Positions 36,981-61,883 of a stretch of DNA of 64,000 nucleotides are shown piece after piece (positions within the stretch are counted from its first letter, which is position 1; each line of letters starts with the position of its first letter). Origin of the DNA: Trichoplax adhaerens (Eukaryota > Animalia > Placozoa). The notes under the pieces are model-generated. The model worked only from the letters and a program-made list of their open reading frames with translations, was not told where the DNA came from and did no database searches. The translations under genes were made by a program, and so were the position numbers. The stretch is from the NCBI RefSeq assembly GCF_000150275.1, contig NW_002060946.1, forward strand, positions 7,173,855 through 7,237,854, given 5' to 3'.

Positions 36981-39900
36981 GCATCTCACTACGCCAGACA
37001 GACGGACTTTTCTTACAAAATGAGGCCGTCAATATCGAAAAATGGTTACTTTGAATAGTTTCCTTGTCTAAATCACTGGTACTAATTTAAATCACATCAA
37101 CGATCTTATACAACTGTTTTTAAGCAGAACTTAGTAACAGATAATATAAGAAGATTCTATGTAATATGACTTAATTTAGAAAAAATCAGTCAATTTAAAA
37201 TCGATCATCCCCATACTTAAGTGCTGTCATAACCAGTTGTTTGGCACAATATTTTAACGCGATGAGTCCAATAATGTATCTATCCAAGAGAGATCAATCC
37301 TGATCTTCTTCCAGTAGTACGTGATACAATATACTGGCATGGACTACTAGGAAAATACAGGTATATTTCTAGAATTGACTGTGAATTAGAGCTTATTACT
37401 ATGGCAGGGGACTAAATTCAAGAAAAAGTCTTGCGAATTTTTCTCTCCCTTCTCAAAGCAACACAATAACGCTGTCATGTCAAATAATTCAGGAGGCAGA
37501 AAGGATGAAGTGAAGAGTAGACTACAAGCAATAAAAACTACAGTAACTCAGGCTATAGTGTATATGCACAACGCATTATCCCAGTAGTGAAACGAAATCC
37601 TAGTATGCAGTATTGGAATCGACACGAAGCTAGAGCAGTACATGTCAGATTGTGAACAAGTGATGCACTTTATCATTGATTACATTACTAGGTTATTGGA
37701 TATTCAAGTTATTTTGGCGCTGCATAAAAAGTTGACATTAAATAATGAACAATTTATAATTTGTTAGCCTATAATTGCACAGTCAGGGACTATCAGTGAT
37801 ACATGTACATATTATACTCGTATATATGAAGTCTTTTATACGAGCATCTACTTTCAGGGTTATGGAGAGGCAGCTCGCTTTTTCTGAAATTTCATTACAT
37901 TTTCCATCAGAGGTCACTGATTCAGGCCTCTGCAAAACAAATTATTTTTATTATATTACAGTAGAAAGGTTAATATTACAATCTACGTTTATATTAAAAT
38001 TATGCCCTTATTTAGCTGTAGGCTTCGGCATGTTTAACATATGTATATATCCTACCCTTAGCCAATAAGCATATACATCACAAAGTATGCTCTTGAATCA
38101 TCTTCTGGGCATGATTCCATTTTAATTGCTTACAGAGCGGCTTTATAAGTCAGACCGGAGTCATATGTCAAACTGTCTGAACATGGAAATGCACGCTTAT
38201 TATTATCATATTATAGTCATTACTAAAAATTACTAAAATAGTTTTGGAAGGGATTTGCTGATGACTTCGCTCAGTTACGAGTATTACGCTAATAAAATAG
38301 GAGATTTATTTCTTGCGCAAAGTTTTCGTGATTCATATCACTATCGATTTAAGATTTAATATACTAAAAATACAGGAAATTTGAATTTTATTGCAATTTA
38401 CTGCTTATCTCAGCTATATTTAAATGCAGTAAATCCTAAATAAAAAGTGATTTCTAGTAAGCCTACTAGGAGAAGTGTATCAAAGTCCCTCGTACCAACG
38501 TTAACAACTAAGAGTGGAAACACAACGGAACCGTGAGCGCTGGCTTGGAAGCTGACGAGCTCAACTAATCTATTATTAATTATTATTTTATTATTTAAAC
38601 AGTATGTCTTGATAAAGCAAGAGTTGATAAGGCTAGTATGATGAAACGGCAAATATACAGTATAGTATGTGCTATGTAAGGCCGTAGCTGATAGCCATAT
38701 TAATTAATGTTATTAAGCAATGCACTAATGTGATTGATGACTCCTATGTAGAGGAGCGATTAGTGATAATTTGTATAAGTTGTATAGAATTAAAATTGTT
38801 ATCGTGGAGGCTAAGTTGATTAGCCGGTTTATCTTACCATTTTCGACTGTTATTATGATGGGAAGATATTGGAATTCTTCACCGACGGACGACACACGGA
38901 TGTTGATAAACTTAACTGTTATAAGTCAATTTATACGGTGTTGACTATTTTGTGTTACATTAGGGATTTGCTCGATTTTAACAACTCAGAATTTTGAGTT
39001 GGCGGATTACCAACCTAAGGCTAATAACCCGTATACTACAATTAGTTATACGCGTCAGGCACTGTTCAATTTTTTTACCCCCCCCCCCAAAAAAAAAAAA
39101 ATTTGAGAAGTCGCTGTACGCGTAAGCCTACTTAGGCACGGTATTAACAGGAATGAATTGATTTATTTTTTGTTACAGATTAGCAGGAGTGTCGCGAATG
39201 TACAAACTTCACTAGAAACTGGCTAAGCAAGCTGTATGGCATGTTGATGGCGTACGAAGAAGAGGGGGAAAATTCGCTTCCATACAATTTATACTGCTAC
39301 AATATTCTAACACAAATAGTATATCGCAACGTATTCTTTAAACAAACAGCCTTCGTATACGTAGAACGCAAAATCTGTATAACAATATCATACTACAGCA
39401 ATATAATTGGCACTATTACTCATTATTAACGACAGAGATTATAAGAAATAGCTGGCATATTGATGCTAACTGATAAACAACGAAGAATGGAAGAATATAA
39501 TTAATTAATAATTATAATATTATAACAATTGCTTAATATGGTCAAATATAATATGCTAATGGTAAATACCAGTTTTGTACATTTTGATTTTAAAAGCCAT
39601 TACTTACGGACACACTTGTAATGAACAACTGTAGAAGATTATTTGGCCAATGATCAGCTAGCTATCAGTTTGTTTTTTAAGAGATATTACACTCATGCAT
39701 CTGTAATTTCACATCTAAACGATCGATATTGGAGCTAATTACTCCCATGGTAATGGTATAATATCAATGATATCCAACACTTCAATAGGACCATTAAATG
39801 GAATATAGTACGGATAGCGTTACAGTATTAATATGCTGTTTTTTTCTTTTATGTGATGCGGAATCAATAATGATCGCTAGCTTGGGAAATTTATATTCAT

Positions 39901-42900
39901 ATCCTTATTGTACTCAGTTATAATTAATAAAACTGTTACATTTTCATGATAACGTAACCTTTTTATCTTTATATAAGCGCTATCTAAAGTGTCTTTTTGT
40001 CAATTTTAATAATTTGCAAGATATTTTCCTGAAATATCGACTTGTGCTGTTTTTTATGGCAAATATAATCAAGATGATTTAATAGCATTGATAATATAAT
40101 GCTGCACTCTCTATTAATATGGCTAGTCTAGAAACAACAAGAGAATGAGTCGCTTGGCCTACAGTAGTTAATTGTGGGTGTTTGTATGCTACTCTGCTGT
40201 GATAGCAGTATAAATTCGTTACCTTTGAAAACGTAACAAGCTTTTATCTTGTTTCTACAGTATAGTACCCGCGAATTTTATGGAAAAAATGCCAATTACA
40301 GCACAACACACAGTTTAATGATCACAGCTTAAATCAAGTAGTTGTCATCTGTATCGGTTACGATCAAAATATTTCAAGTTTAGCAGTCTCACTTTCTGAC
40401 TTTACTATTTCTCAAGGTGTGATCTAATAGCTACATTATTGCTTCCATTCGATAGCAAATATCGCATATAGCTATGATTTTTTCCACTCTAATTGAGTTC
40501 ACAAAATTAGCAAATGTAATGAAAATAAGTAATCTTTCTACTATTACTTTTGCAATTATAATGTAAGCGACAACCAATAATATAGTTACTATCATAAAGA
40601 GTGTAATCATTGTTAGTCAAAACGCATACTGTAGATTTTTTATTCATTTTAATTGCTATTAATTCATAGCATTTAGGATATTTTTATTGTCTGTTTACTG
40701 ATTGAAATGGTACCGTGAAGAATCCATTGTTAGAAGTCTTTCATATAGAGGAAATGCAACAAAAGTTCAATATCCAATCTTCGTATAAAGTCGACACATT
40801 TAGAAAGACGTCATAACTTTTTTGTTTTACAGCTACTATTTTACGTCATTGACATATTGATTGATTACTTATAGAAGGTGCGGTTACGTCTTTTTGCGTC
40901 ATTTAATTCTCTTCTTCGCTGTATCAAGATGGTCAATATGCTAGAATAAACAGATTAGCTAAATGTAAGTAAACGCTATTACACACGTATCAAGTAAAAG
41001 TAAGGAATGTGTTTATCGTAATACTACTTTATCATGTTAGTTTATCATAGTCTTATCAAACAAAGTATGTAGTCCGTATTTTAGTATTGTGCCATACTAT
41101 TTCCAGCATATCTATATCACAGTGCAATCGTATGCAAACGTGTGTTGTCGTTGTTACCGTCGTCTGATCATTGCGGGATATCTTCCACAGTTATCGATTT
41201 AATAAATTATCTTAAACTAACGGACATTGTCCATTTTTGCGAGCTACTATAAACTACAGTTAAGTTTGCCTTAACTCTGTTGTAGATCATCAGTAGGTAA
41301 GCCGCTCATTTGGCAGGGATCGGCTAACTTCGTAACAGCTCTCTAATAATTTTAAAATGTTAGTTAATTTAAGGTATAATCTTATGCGTTTGTTGTGATA
41401 AAATACGATTACCTGCTAGGTATTGTAATAGCTGTCAGTGATATCGACAGGGTGGCTTTCTTATGTCGCTAATTAGCCAGATAAAATTATGATTATTGAT
41501 TCACTCATTTGATGCTATATAGATATAGTAGATATGTTGTGGCAATATACGGTAGTATTACAAATTTTGACTTATGGTAAAGCATTTAAGAATACACTAG
41601 TAAAGTTACTATACTGCATTGCATGATAGAATCTTGCTTTATTTAATAATAATAATTTACCTCTTTTCTTATCGTAATCAATATATACGTCAATGCGGCA
41701 ACTTTAAGTAGACACTATATAATGCTAAAATGTTAATAACTCTTTTCTAGATTGGGTGGATTACGGTCTGTAGTTTGATTGATTGGTCTTATTTTCGCGG
41801 TGTACAATTCTACCATCAAATACCATGATCGGTAAGAATCTATTTCAATATCGAATGATTTATTTGTTCACGTACTGGTGAAGGTTAATTTTATTACTGA
41901 ATAAACCTACATACTGTACTATAGTGTTTTTTTTTTTTACGATACTGTAACGAATCTTGTCTATTTAAATTCATTCCACTCAAGATGAAGTTTGAATGCA
42001 TTTCCATAACTGACTTAACGTAGGATCTACTTATAGCTTAGTCGCGTGTCAGGGATCAGATTAAAGATTACTATTTGAATCGTTACACTAACGATATTGC
42101 AACAGTTCACTTGGGGAAAAGGGTAAAGGACAATTTATACATATGGGCCATAAATCTTTATAATTTTTTTTGGAAAAGTACACACTGTATCGTAACAAAT
42201 AAATAAACAAATAGCAACATAATAAAGCCCACTAGAGACCCTTAGAGAAGGGTAAAGCCCAGCCTTGATTGATTGGCTATGGAATGATCGTAGATTATGG
42301 TACTTGTTTGCATAGTACGCGTATATGGGTATGCACTGCATCTACTTGTGCAGGGACTGTTGTAAGTTTAGTGGCGGTAATCGAATGGAAAAAAGTCAAT
42401 GATGGTGCACAAAATAGTATTAACAGAGTAAAATTTCAATGGTTATCTGTATTCATTTTGTGCGCTATTTTATGGTGTCGCTAGGTATCAGTGCAGTGGA
42501 GAAGTGCAAGTTTTGAATTAACCTATGAATTGAACTGATTACCGTAGTGGATGTTTTGGGAAATTTCAATTCGTTTCCAATGCTGTCATAGCTGCTGCAC
42601 TAGTCTAATACAGTATTATGACTGGCATGCACTATACGATACTATATTGTACCCATTTGGTAAGCTTATCCATTAGAAAATCATAACGCTCACGGTGACC
42701 ATATTATAGGAATACTATCCTTGCTGTGTAATCCATTTCCAGCGAAATAAGTGCAAGCAATGACAGCCATGACAGATTGATAACATACGTCATTTGTTTG
42801 AGGAGCTTGACCAATCGTATGCCTGCCTACACAAGATTTGCATTATCAATTATTCCGAGACACTACTGCAATGTTTAATTCATTTTTGATCTACTGTCCA

Positions 42901-43539
42901 TACAGTCTAACACAGATCATTATACGCATATGTACACATTTTGTAGTAGAAGTGGCGTTTGAAAGTTACGATCGGATCTGTAGCAATCCTTCCTTGAGGA
43001 AGAGGTTGTGAGACTGCATACTGTAAACAGACAGCGTATGAGATCTATCCCATCTCCAAGTACAGTACTGTAATGTCAGTATTATTGCGCTACCAATTTA
43101 TCCATGAAGGTACAATACACGTAGGTAACTGTGGTATGCTCTCCATTTCTCAAAGATACAATCTGTTGCCAAGTTTAGCCAACCTATAGCACAGCATGTA
43201 CAATATTGTCCATGTAATCCAATATGGAGTTACGGAATTTTCGCTCATGTTGCTGGTTTGATGCTGTCAACATAGGCGCTGTTCGTTAATTAATTAATAA
43301 GCGTGTGTATCCGTTGGTGAGCTAGCTTCTTTCATTCAATTAACGAACCCATCGACTCATTGTACTATAGATAACACAACAGAATATAAGCGTAGTCACT
43401 AAGGGAATCTCGTCTTATTATAGGTCGGAAGAAAAATAAATGATTTTCAATTCAATTTTGAATTAATTAATTTGAAAATGGTCGTCTATTTTGTTAAGTT
43501 CCTGTAGATCTGCATTGCATAGAGTATCAGACTTCGAGA

Positions 43540-43782
43540 ACAGTGCAGTACTGTGCATGACATAAGCTGTAGAGTAGAGTAGAGTACAGTACTGTAGACT
43601 ACAGTGTACAGTATCCAACTCTTGTACTGTACTGTACTGTACTGTACTGTACTGTACTGTAGGTCTTGAGTTTTCTCTTTAGTAGTACTGTACAGTACAG
43701 TACAGTATTGTAGACTGTATGTACTGTACAGTACAGTACAGTAGTGCCACAACGCTGGAGCTGTCCGTACGCTCTGTACGTC
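43540..43782. repeat. TACAG/CTGTA array immediately upstream of SIK3
   Basis: Includes a pure (GTACT)n run at about 43624-43660. Lies about 140-380 bp upstream of the SIK3 ATG. Confidence 0.9.
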
Positions 43783-43918
43783 CGTCATATTGTTCTGTTC
43801 AACCATTTCCAACCACTAATTTACAGTTTTGTATTTTTCTTTCGCCTCCATTTGGATATTACATGTAGTAACGGAAACAAGCAGGCCCTGGAGCCACCGA
43901 TGTCTACAACAACGCACA

Positions 43919-55012
<11,094 letters not shown>

Positions 55013-58000
55013 TCGTTGTACACTGGACTATGAATTATACCTGCATATTTGTAAATAATAGAATATTCCTTAATTTTTATGCTTATTTCATGCAGTATAA
55101 ATTTGTTTTGAAGCATTTATTTTTAATGTATATTATTATATGGGCACCTTATAAGCTGTTGTTTCTGATTTATCCATAGTATTGATTTTTATCTTCGTCA
55201 TGAAGTATACTAATATAATATTACCACGACGTTAGTTTTCTAAATATCGTCGTATTATGTCTATCGTAATTACTACTAATGTTTTGTGGATAACCTAAAA
55301 GGTTAAGCTCAAATTCGTAGCACGTACGAATTAGCTATCATCGTATTACGTTATTATAATGGCTTCATCTTTGCGATAGTAACTGATTTGATCTTGCTAC
55401 AATCTAATTGTCTTTGTCATCGATGTACAGTAGCAATGTTGTTCTACTATGTGGAAAATGTGACCATACTGTAACGGTGCCTGAAGTGAGACTGGATATT
55501 AATTTAAATTCCACTATTTTAATTTTATATTGTATATCATGTTGTAAATCAAATGTTGTCATTTTTATAGCTATGGAACTCTCCTCGCTGTCAATTCTTA
55601 TACCTATGTATTCATAGATTCTTAAATACTGTATATACGTATTAGTCTCTATCTGTCAGTACAGTATCTACAATAGTTGAATATACGTAGGAAGGCAGCG
55701 CTTTGTCTGATTATTTTGTAAATGTACCGCATACATACTTAGTTAAAAGCATTATTTGATAAGCTATTGATGTAAACAGATATATTACGAAGTAGCAACT
55801 CTATCCTGCACTCAGCTGGTAACATGGCAGCATCGATTTTTTTGTAATATAATCATATACGTGCAGTGAATGTGAAATATGTTATCGATGAATTACTTCT
55901 TTTTTCTGATCAAGTGGGTATACAAAACACATATATATTCGTTTTATAAAATAATCGGTATTAAGTACAGTAGATACTTATCTATATTATTCAATACTGC
56001 AAAATGATATCAATAAATAATATGTTTATCAAACTAGTAAATTATCACATAAGCACTTATATACTGTGAACGTTTGGCGATCTTTTGTTTACGTCATCTT
56101 TAATAAGTATTTACATTATGCAATGAATGTAATGATGATTTAGTTTGTGTTTGCAGCTACTACGGTAATTTACTAAATGACTTTCAGACGTTAGTAAAAA
56201 CAGTTTAGGAAATGAATATAGTCATGCACATACTGTATATATCGCACAGCAATCGCCATTCATCATATGATTCATATCACTTTCAGTCGATATCGAAATC
56301 ATAAGTTCTTGTAAAGTTATTGAATAGTTGAACAAGTTGAGTTTACTTACTGTAATGTAAGCCTAAATCACTTTGATATACTCGTACCTAGGTGTGTATG
56401 TGAAACAAACTCCTTATTCGGTGCACTCCCGTTTCTTCACATTGTACTACTGTATTAGTATGTCATTATGGCAACATGGATGCATGCAGGCTACAAGCAA
56501 ATTAAATTAATCATAACGTAGATCACCTCGATCTAATTAAGTTCAGTTATACCGTTAGTCGTAGCCGGTATACTGTAGTATCAATTGCGTATTCTGTTTA
56601 AGTACCCACCCAAGCACATGGAGAAAGTTAATTGTTAGCACTTTAAAAATTTTAATCCAATTTTTGCGATATTATACTAACCAGCATGAGTATTTATTGT
56701 TAGCATGTAAGCCACAGTACAACATTGTATACGTATATGTTATATCTTTTAGTCCATTGTAGGTTTGTCTATAAGTTATGTACTATAGTTCCAGAGACCG
56801 ATCGCTACCTCAGACGAAGTAATGGAGGGACTTTCTGTGCAATCCCGTGTACAAGAGGTAGCTGCCAGAACTTGTGGATTGTTAGAATGCAATCCACTTA
56901 CACTACAAAATATCTCCTCGCTTCGATGTTCTACAATAAGGTAGTATTCACCAATTCCTCTAATTAATGAACTTAGCATAAAATCACACCGTTAGATTCC
57001 CATTCCTCTCACCTAAATTTGTCAAAAGTTCGGTTTAGATGAGAGACTTGCAGGTCTCTGGATTTCACAATCGGTAGGTAGTATGTCTACCATGTAGATT
57101 AGAGTGTACTACCGTAGTCTTATTAAAAGGAGGATAGAAGGGATTTATGACATCAATACATAGCGATGTTAGTAGGAGAGCTTTGCTACAAGAAGTTAAT
57201 AGAAGAGGTTAAGAAACTTGACAGACAACAGTACAAGGTAGCTCACAGCAGAATGCCTAGCGGCAGATGACAGTGGAAGTACCATTGCCGACGGTTCAAC
57301 TCTATGTTTATAAATAGCTATAGTCTAAATACCAGCTCCCTACGCTAGCTACGTCGATGAAGCAATAGTACTTCCTATTAGCGGTGCAAAATGCAATTCA
57401 TGCATCCACTATGAAGTCAGAAATTCGTGTTTGACTAAGCACTACTGTGTAGAGCAGCCTTTCATCATCATTAATTAACGTATCCCTGAGACATACTCGA
57501 GAAAGTGCTCATTCCCAAAATGCTTATACAACACATTTGTCCAACGATGCAAACTGTCAGATTATATCATAACAATACAGTATTCAAGCATTTCTTGGAT
57601 GCCATTCGTATTAGAAAGCAAATTGAGTATTCACAACAACTCTTGCAAGTAATATTAGCTTAATACTAGCCAAAATGGCCAATTACATGCTTATAAATCT
57701 ATGGTTTAATTAATTCATTAAATGATCAATGTAAACAATCGGATGCCGATTTGCTCCACGAGCCTGAGAATACTCTACTGTGCCATGTACTACTGTAGAG
57801 TTGATAGAGAAGCAATCTTTTTTTTTGTAGCATGCTATACTGGTGTGAGTGCTGCAGTGCTGTTTGAGCGAAGCAGACATCCACAGCACTTTACTTGCTA
57901 CAGTATAGTCATTTTACTCCTAACCGCACAGTAAGGTGCCTACGATATGGGAAACGATGAGAAAATCGCCCAACCAGATTTTCTTCGACTACAAGACATT

Positions 58001-58311
58001 TGCAACAACATTGGTCGCAATAACAGCTAAAATCTCTTAAAAGCAGCAAAATCTGATCCACTACAAGCAATCTTTTGTGCCTTGATGCGATATAGTACTG
58101 GAGAAGCACTGACAAGTTTCTCGGGACGACGTGCTTATTGACCATAAACCAATATAATGATTGAAACTGTCTCGCATTTTATGACTTGATTATTGCATGG
58201 ATGCCATGCTGCCCAATTTTTCACACTGATGCAAAGAACAGCCAATTTATAAGGTATACAATCAATCACTTGATTCTTTCAACTGATTGATGTTGACTCT
58301 TGATTATCCTA

Positions 58312-59997
58312 ATGGCTAAGATGGAAGATAGGATTGCTCATGATGGTTTTTCGTTGGATTTATTAAAGCATCAGTTTGAAGCATTAAGGCAAATGAGATG
58401 TAAACAAGAATTATGCGATGTGACCGTGATTGTTAACCACACCCATACCATTTATGCTCATCGGGTACTTTTAGCAGCCTATAGCTCTTATTTCTTCGCT
58501 ATGTTTAATACTGATATGGTAGAAAGTCGATTAGGTGTTCTACACATTGATGATATCCAGCCTAATCTTATGGATCAATTGATCGATCTAGCTTATGGTA
58601 TAGACTTACATATTGACGATGATAATGTTGCAGACATGCTATCAGCATGTCATCGATTACAAATTTCAACTGGTATTAATCGATGCTGTGATTACTTGAT
58701 ACTATCATTGCATCCATCAAATTGCTTAGGTATATTGAAATTTGCTCGTATTAATCAATGCCAAATTGTTATCGATGCTGCTAGTAAGTATTGTTGGCAT
58801 CATTTTACGGCTATATGTGATGAAGAAGAATTTACTTTGTTGTCATTGGATGAAGTACAAGAGTACTTCAGCAATGATCACCTCCACGTCAAGGAAGAAG
58901 CAGAAGTTTTACGATCCGCTGTTATATGGTTATTGCATGATTGGCAACAACGCCATCCATCGTTATCGGCTGTTATGGATTGTATACGATTTTCCTATAT
59001 AAGTAAGGAAGAGATTGTTTCTATTGCGCGTAAAAATTGCCCTGCGGATATCTTTCAATGCATTGCTGATTACTTAAGTGATAAATCGAATCGCAAGAAA
59101 CGGAAACCTGGACAACGTCATTATTCATCTGCTGTCTTCATTATCGGTAGTACTAGTCTAGCCAATTGCTGTCGACGATATAATATTTGTAGTCGTACAT
59201 GGGTTAAGATGCCAAGCTTGGTTGAAAAGAAATTGAACACCTTAGTTGGTGATATAGATGGCAAGTTATATGCCATTAGTAGTACACCTGCCAGTGATGA
59301 GATAACAGAAATAGGCCAAAATTTGGAATGTTATGATCCTAATCAAGAATCATGGACAATAATATCTGCCTTACCCTCTTGTCGATGGCAATTTAGTATG
59401 GCATGTATTGACGATAGGATCTGTTTTATTGGTGGGTACAATTTTAAAAATGGCTTCTCTCATTTGGCTACTGTCGATTGCTATCATCCTAAGCTAAATC
59501 AGTGGACAAAATTACCTGATCTACCTGAGAAACGACGTGGAAGCTGCACTGCTTTCTTACAAGGTATACTTTACGTCATTGGTGGACATGATGGTACGCG
59601 TATCTTAAGTAGCTGTGAATGCTACGATATGACACAACAATGTTGGCTACATATAAATGATATGAAAGTTCCACGCGAAAGTCATAAAGCGATCGTTATT
59701 AATAAGAAAATCTATGTTATTGGTGGCATCTCTAAAAGTGGTTATACTAAATGTGTTGAATGTTATGATCCAGTGACAAATAGTTGGCAATGTTGTGCTA
59801 ATGCACCTGTGATTTATCCGCGCCAACAAGTAGTTTCTCTCAATAATCGATTATATTTATTAAATAGCGATACAGAATCCCCTGTTTTATGCTATAATAC
59901 GATGGAAGATAAATGGTATAAAAGCCGATGGCCGAAATTTGCTGAGGGTTATAACGGTGGTACCGCTATCTCTTGTGCATCGGTTGATGGCCTGTAA
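58312..59997 (+). CDS. BTB-BACK-Kelch (KLHL-family) CUL3 substrate adaptor, uninterrupted CDS of about 560 aa
   Basis: BTB (LCDVTVIV...AHRVLLAAYSSYFFAMFN), BACK (LHPSNCLGI...EEFTLLS...WLLHD) and Kelch repeats (FIGG, YVIGG twice, VECYDP..NSW). Start is ATG 58312, or ATG 58321 after a possible 5'UTR intron at 58254-58320. Subfamily not resolved. Confidence 0.93.
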   Translation: MAKMEDRIAHDGFSLDLLKHQFEALRQMRCKQELCDVTVIVNHTHTIYAHRVLLAAYSSYFFAMFNTDMVESRLGVLHIDDIQPNLMDQLIDLAYGIDLHIDDDNVADMLSACHRLQISTGINRCCDYLILSLHPSNCLGILKFARINQCQIVIDAASKYCWHHFTAICDEEEFTLLSLDEVQEYFSNDHLHVKEEAEVLRSAVIWLLHDWQQRHPSLSAVMDCIRFSYISKEEIVSIARKNCPADIFQCIADYLSDKSNRKKRKPGQRHYSSAVFIIGSTSLANCCRRYNICSRTWVKMPSLVEKKLNTLVGDIDGKLYAISSTPASDEITEIGQNLECYDPNQESWTIISALPSCRWQFSMACIDDRICFIGGYNFKNGFSHLATVDCYHPKLNQWTKLPDLPEKRRGSCTAFLQGILYVIGGHDGTRILSSCECYDMTQQCWLHINDMKVPRESHKAIVINKKIYVIGGISKSGYTKCVECYDPVTNSWQCCANAPVIYPRQQVVSLNNRLYLLNSDTESPVLCYNTMEDKWYKSRWPKFAEGYNGGTAISCASVDGL

Positions 59998-61883
59998 TTA
60001 AATTACTACCGCATGGAATCCACGACTGATTTATTATGATATTTAATTCATAGAAATATCCCTTTCTTTGGTGGAAAAATGATTTATCAAACAAATATTC
60101 AATTTTTCATGCTAATATCATTAAAGAAACTCCTTTTTTGGTATCGATTTTTAGTGCGTATAATAATAACTGTTAAACTGAGTTTCTGTGCTGCACTGAT
60201 GTATCGGATGACGATAGGCTCAAAAAACAATCGCTCACCTACTTTGTAGGCGCATATCAATACTTAACTCCAAGGTGTTACTTTACAGCTATTCTTATTT
60301 AGCCAAGAGTAATGCAATACAGAAATTGATTATTATTACTGCTAGTGTACAGAGCTATAATATGTGATATAACTTAAATATTACTTGGCCATCACTGTGA
60401 TGGTCGAACACATTAGACATAAAACTGATCGAATGAAGTTATTACTCTTACAGAAAGTGATTAAGATATTGCAGTTATTTTTCTTTATCTTAAATTACAA
60501 TATCAATGTATAATCTATTTTTAGCACTGGTTGCTTTAAAAAAATTACCGCTATTAAGTACACTGTTGTCAATACGAAGTTGATTTTTTGGCGTATGCAT
60601 TGATATGAGACTTTTACCTGTTTAGCATTAAAACTTAAATTCGAACCTGAAAGAAAGTATAAGTATAGTAAATTTTACTGTAGTATAGGATTTAGCAAAA
60701 CGCTAGTTGATAGTACGGCCGTAGAGATAGAGTTGTACGTTTTATACATATAGAAAATGAGTATTATTGGATGCAGAAACGCTACGTCGTTACCATTTGC
60801 TTGATAACTTTTATCACTGTTAAGAAATTCAAGATCGCTCTAATTGTAAACGGTTGCTATATAAAGTCTATAATGTATTTTATATCTGCGCGATGTATAG
60901 TACTGAATGTTATAATGTCCTTATTTGAAATTACCAGCATATTCATGTTGCTTCAGAGTTTAAAGATCATGCTGATACTAATTGTCAAGTACAGATTTTT
61001 GATAGCGTTAATGTTATTAAGCATTATCTCTGCGCTTTGTGAAATCAAGTTGAAATGGAGTCGAGATATCTTGTCTATGCCTTGAATTTACTTAATATAA
61101 ATAGACACTGGATACTGATAAATATTGTGTTATAATTTACGACGCATATACTTTATTAGTAATCAGAAATTAGTACTGTAAATACAATAAAATTTCGATA
61201 TTGGGTTGAGCTTAATTGAGAGATTTGAAGCCATCGCAGTCTTCCCTGATCTTAGCGTTGAATAGCGATTCTTGGAATATCATAAAAGGTATATAGTAAA
61301 TAAACGTATAAATCATATTTCAGCATTTATCCATAATTTCATTTCTAGCAGATTAATAAATAGTACAAGTTATGAAAAAGTTTGATATTCTCCAATTGAT
61401 CTCCAACTCCTGGCGCTGTCACGGAATGATCATAAATGTGTTCATTTAAAGATTATATTAAGAAAATTGTAAAGTATACAAATAGCAAATGTCCCCGACA
61501 GTACATAAAGCAGTGATGTAATAATTATATTTGTCTCATGGGTTATGATTGGTAATTCGATTATTTTAATAGCATAATTAAATACTACGAGTACTGAAAT
61601 AGTTTGACTTTATAATTTACATTTGAAACTATCTGACTTAAAAATTAACTCTTCCAAGGAAAAATTACAATAACAACTGTCAACGGACTATTTGCAGAAG
61701 ATATATCGTTTAGTTGCCCATACACTGTGTAAAAATAGTCTTCTTGACAACACGTAAAGTGACCTACAGCAGTCAACAATAATACTATATGTCTGAATGA
61801 CTATTATTTTGCTCTGTACAGCTAATATAGCATACCTTTCCGAACTATAAACATTTATAAAATCAATAATTGTAGTCGGAATT

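Noticed and set aside
37000-43500. Short ORFs between MRPL41 and SIK3 (37775, 38410, 39241, 42135, 42269)
   Set aside because: No recognisable motifs and no phase-consistent exon chain. Treated as intergenic.
1156-43812. Many ORF-track entries rich in YSTVQ/CTVLY/TVQYS (e.g. 2462-2818, 8160-8447, 18308-18565, 21672-21920, 43486-43812)
   Set aside because: They are translations of the stop-poor TACAG/CTGTA pentamer arrays, with no domain, codon or splice support.
60389-60403. CCATCAC-T-GTGATGG palindrome between the Kelch gene and PTPMT1
   Set aside because: 7-bp arms are expected by chance in 64 kb.
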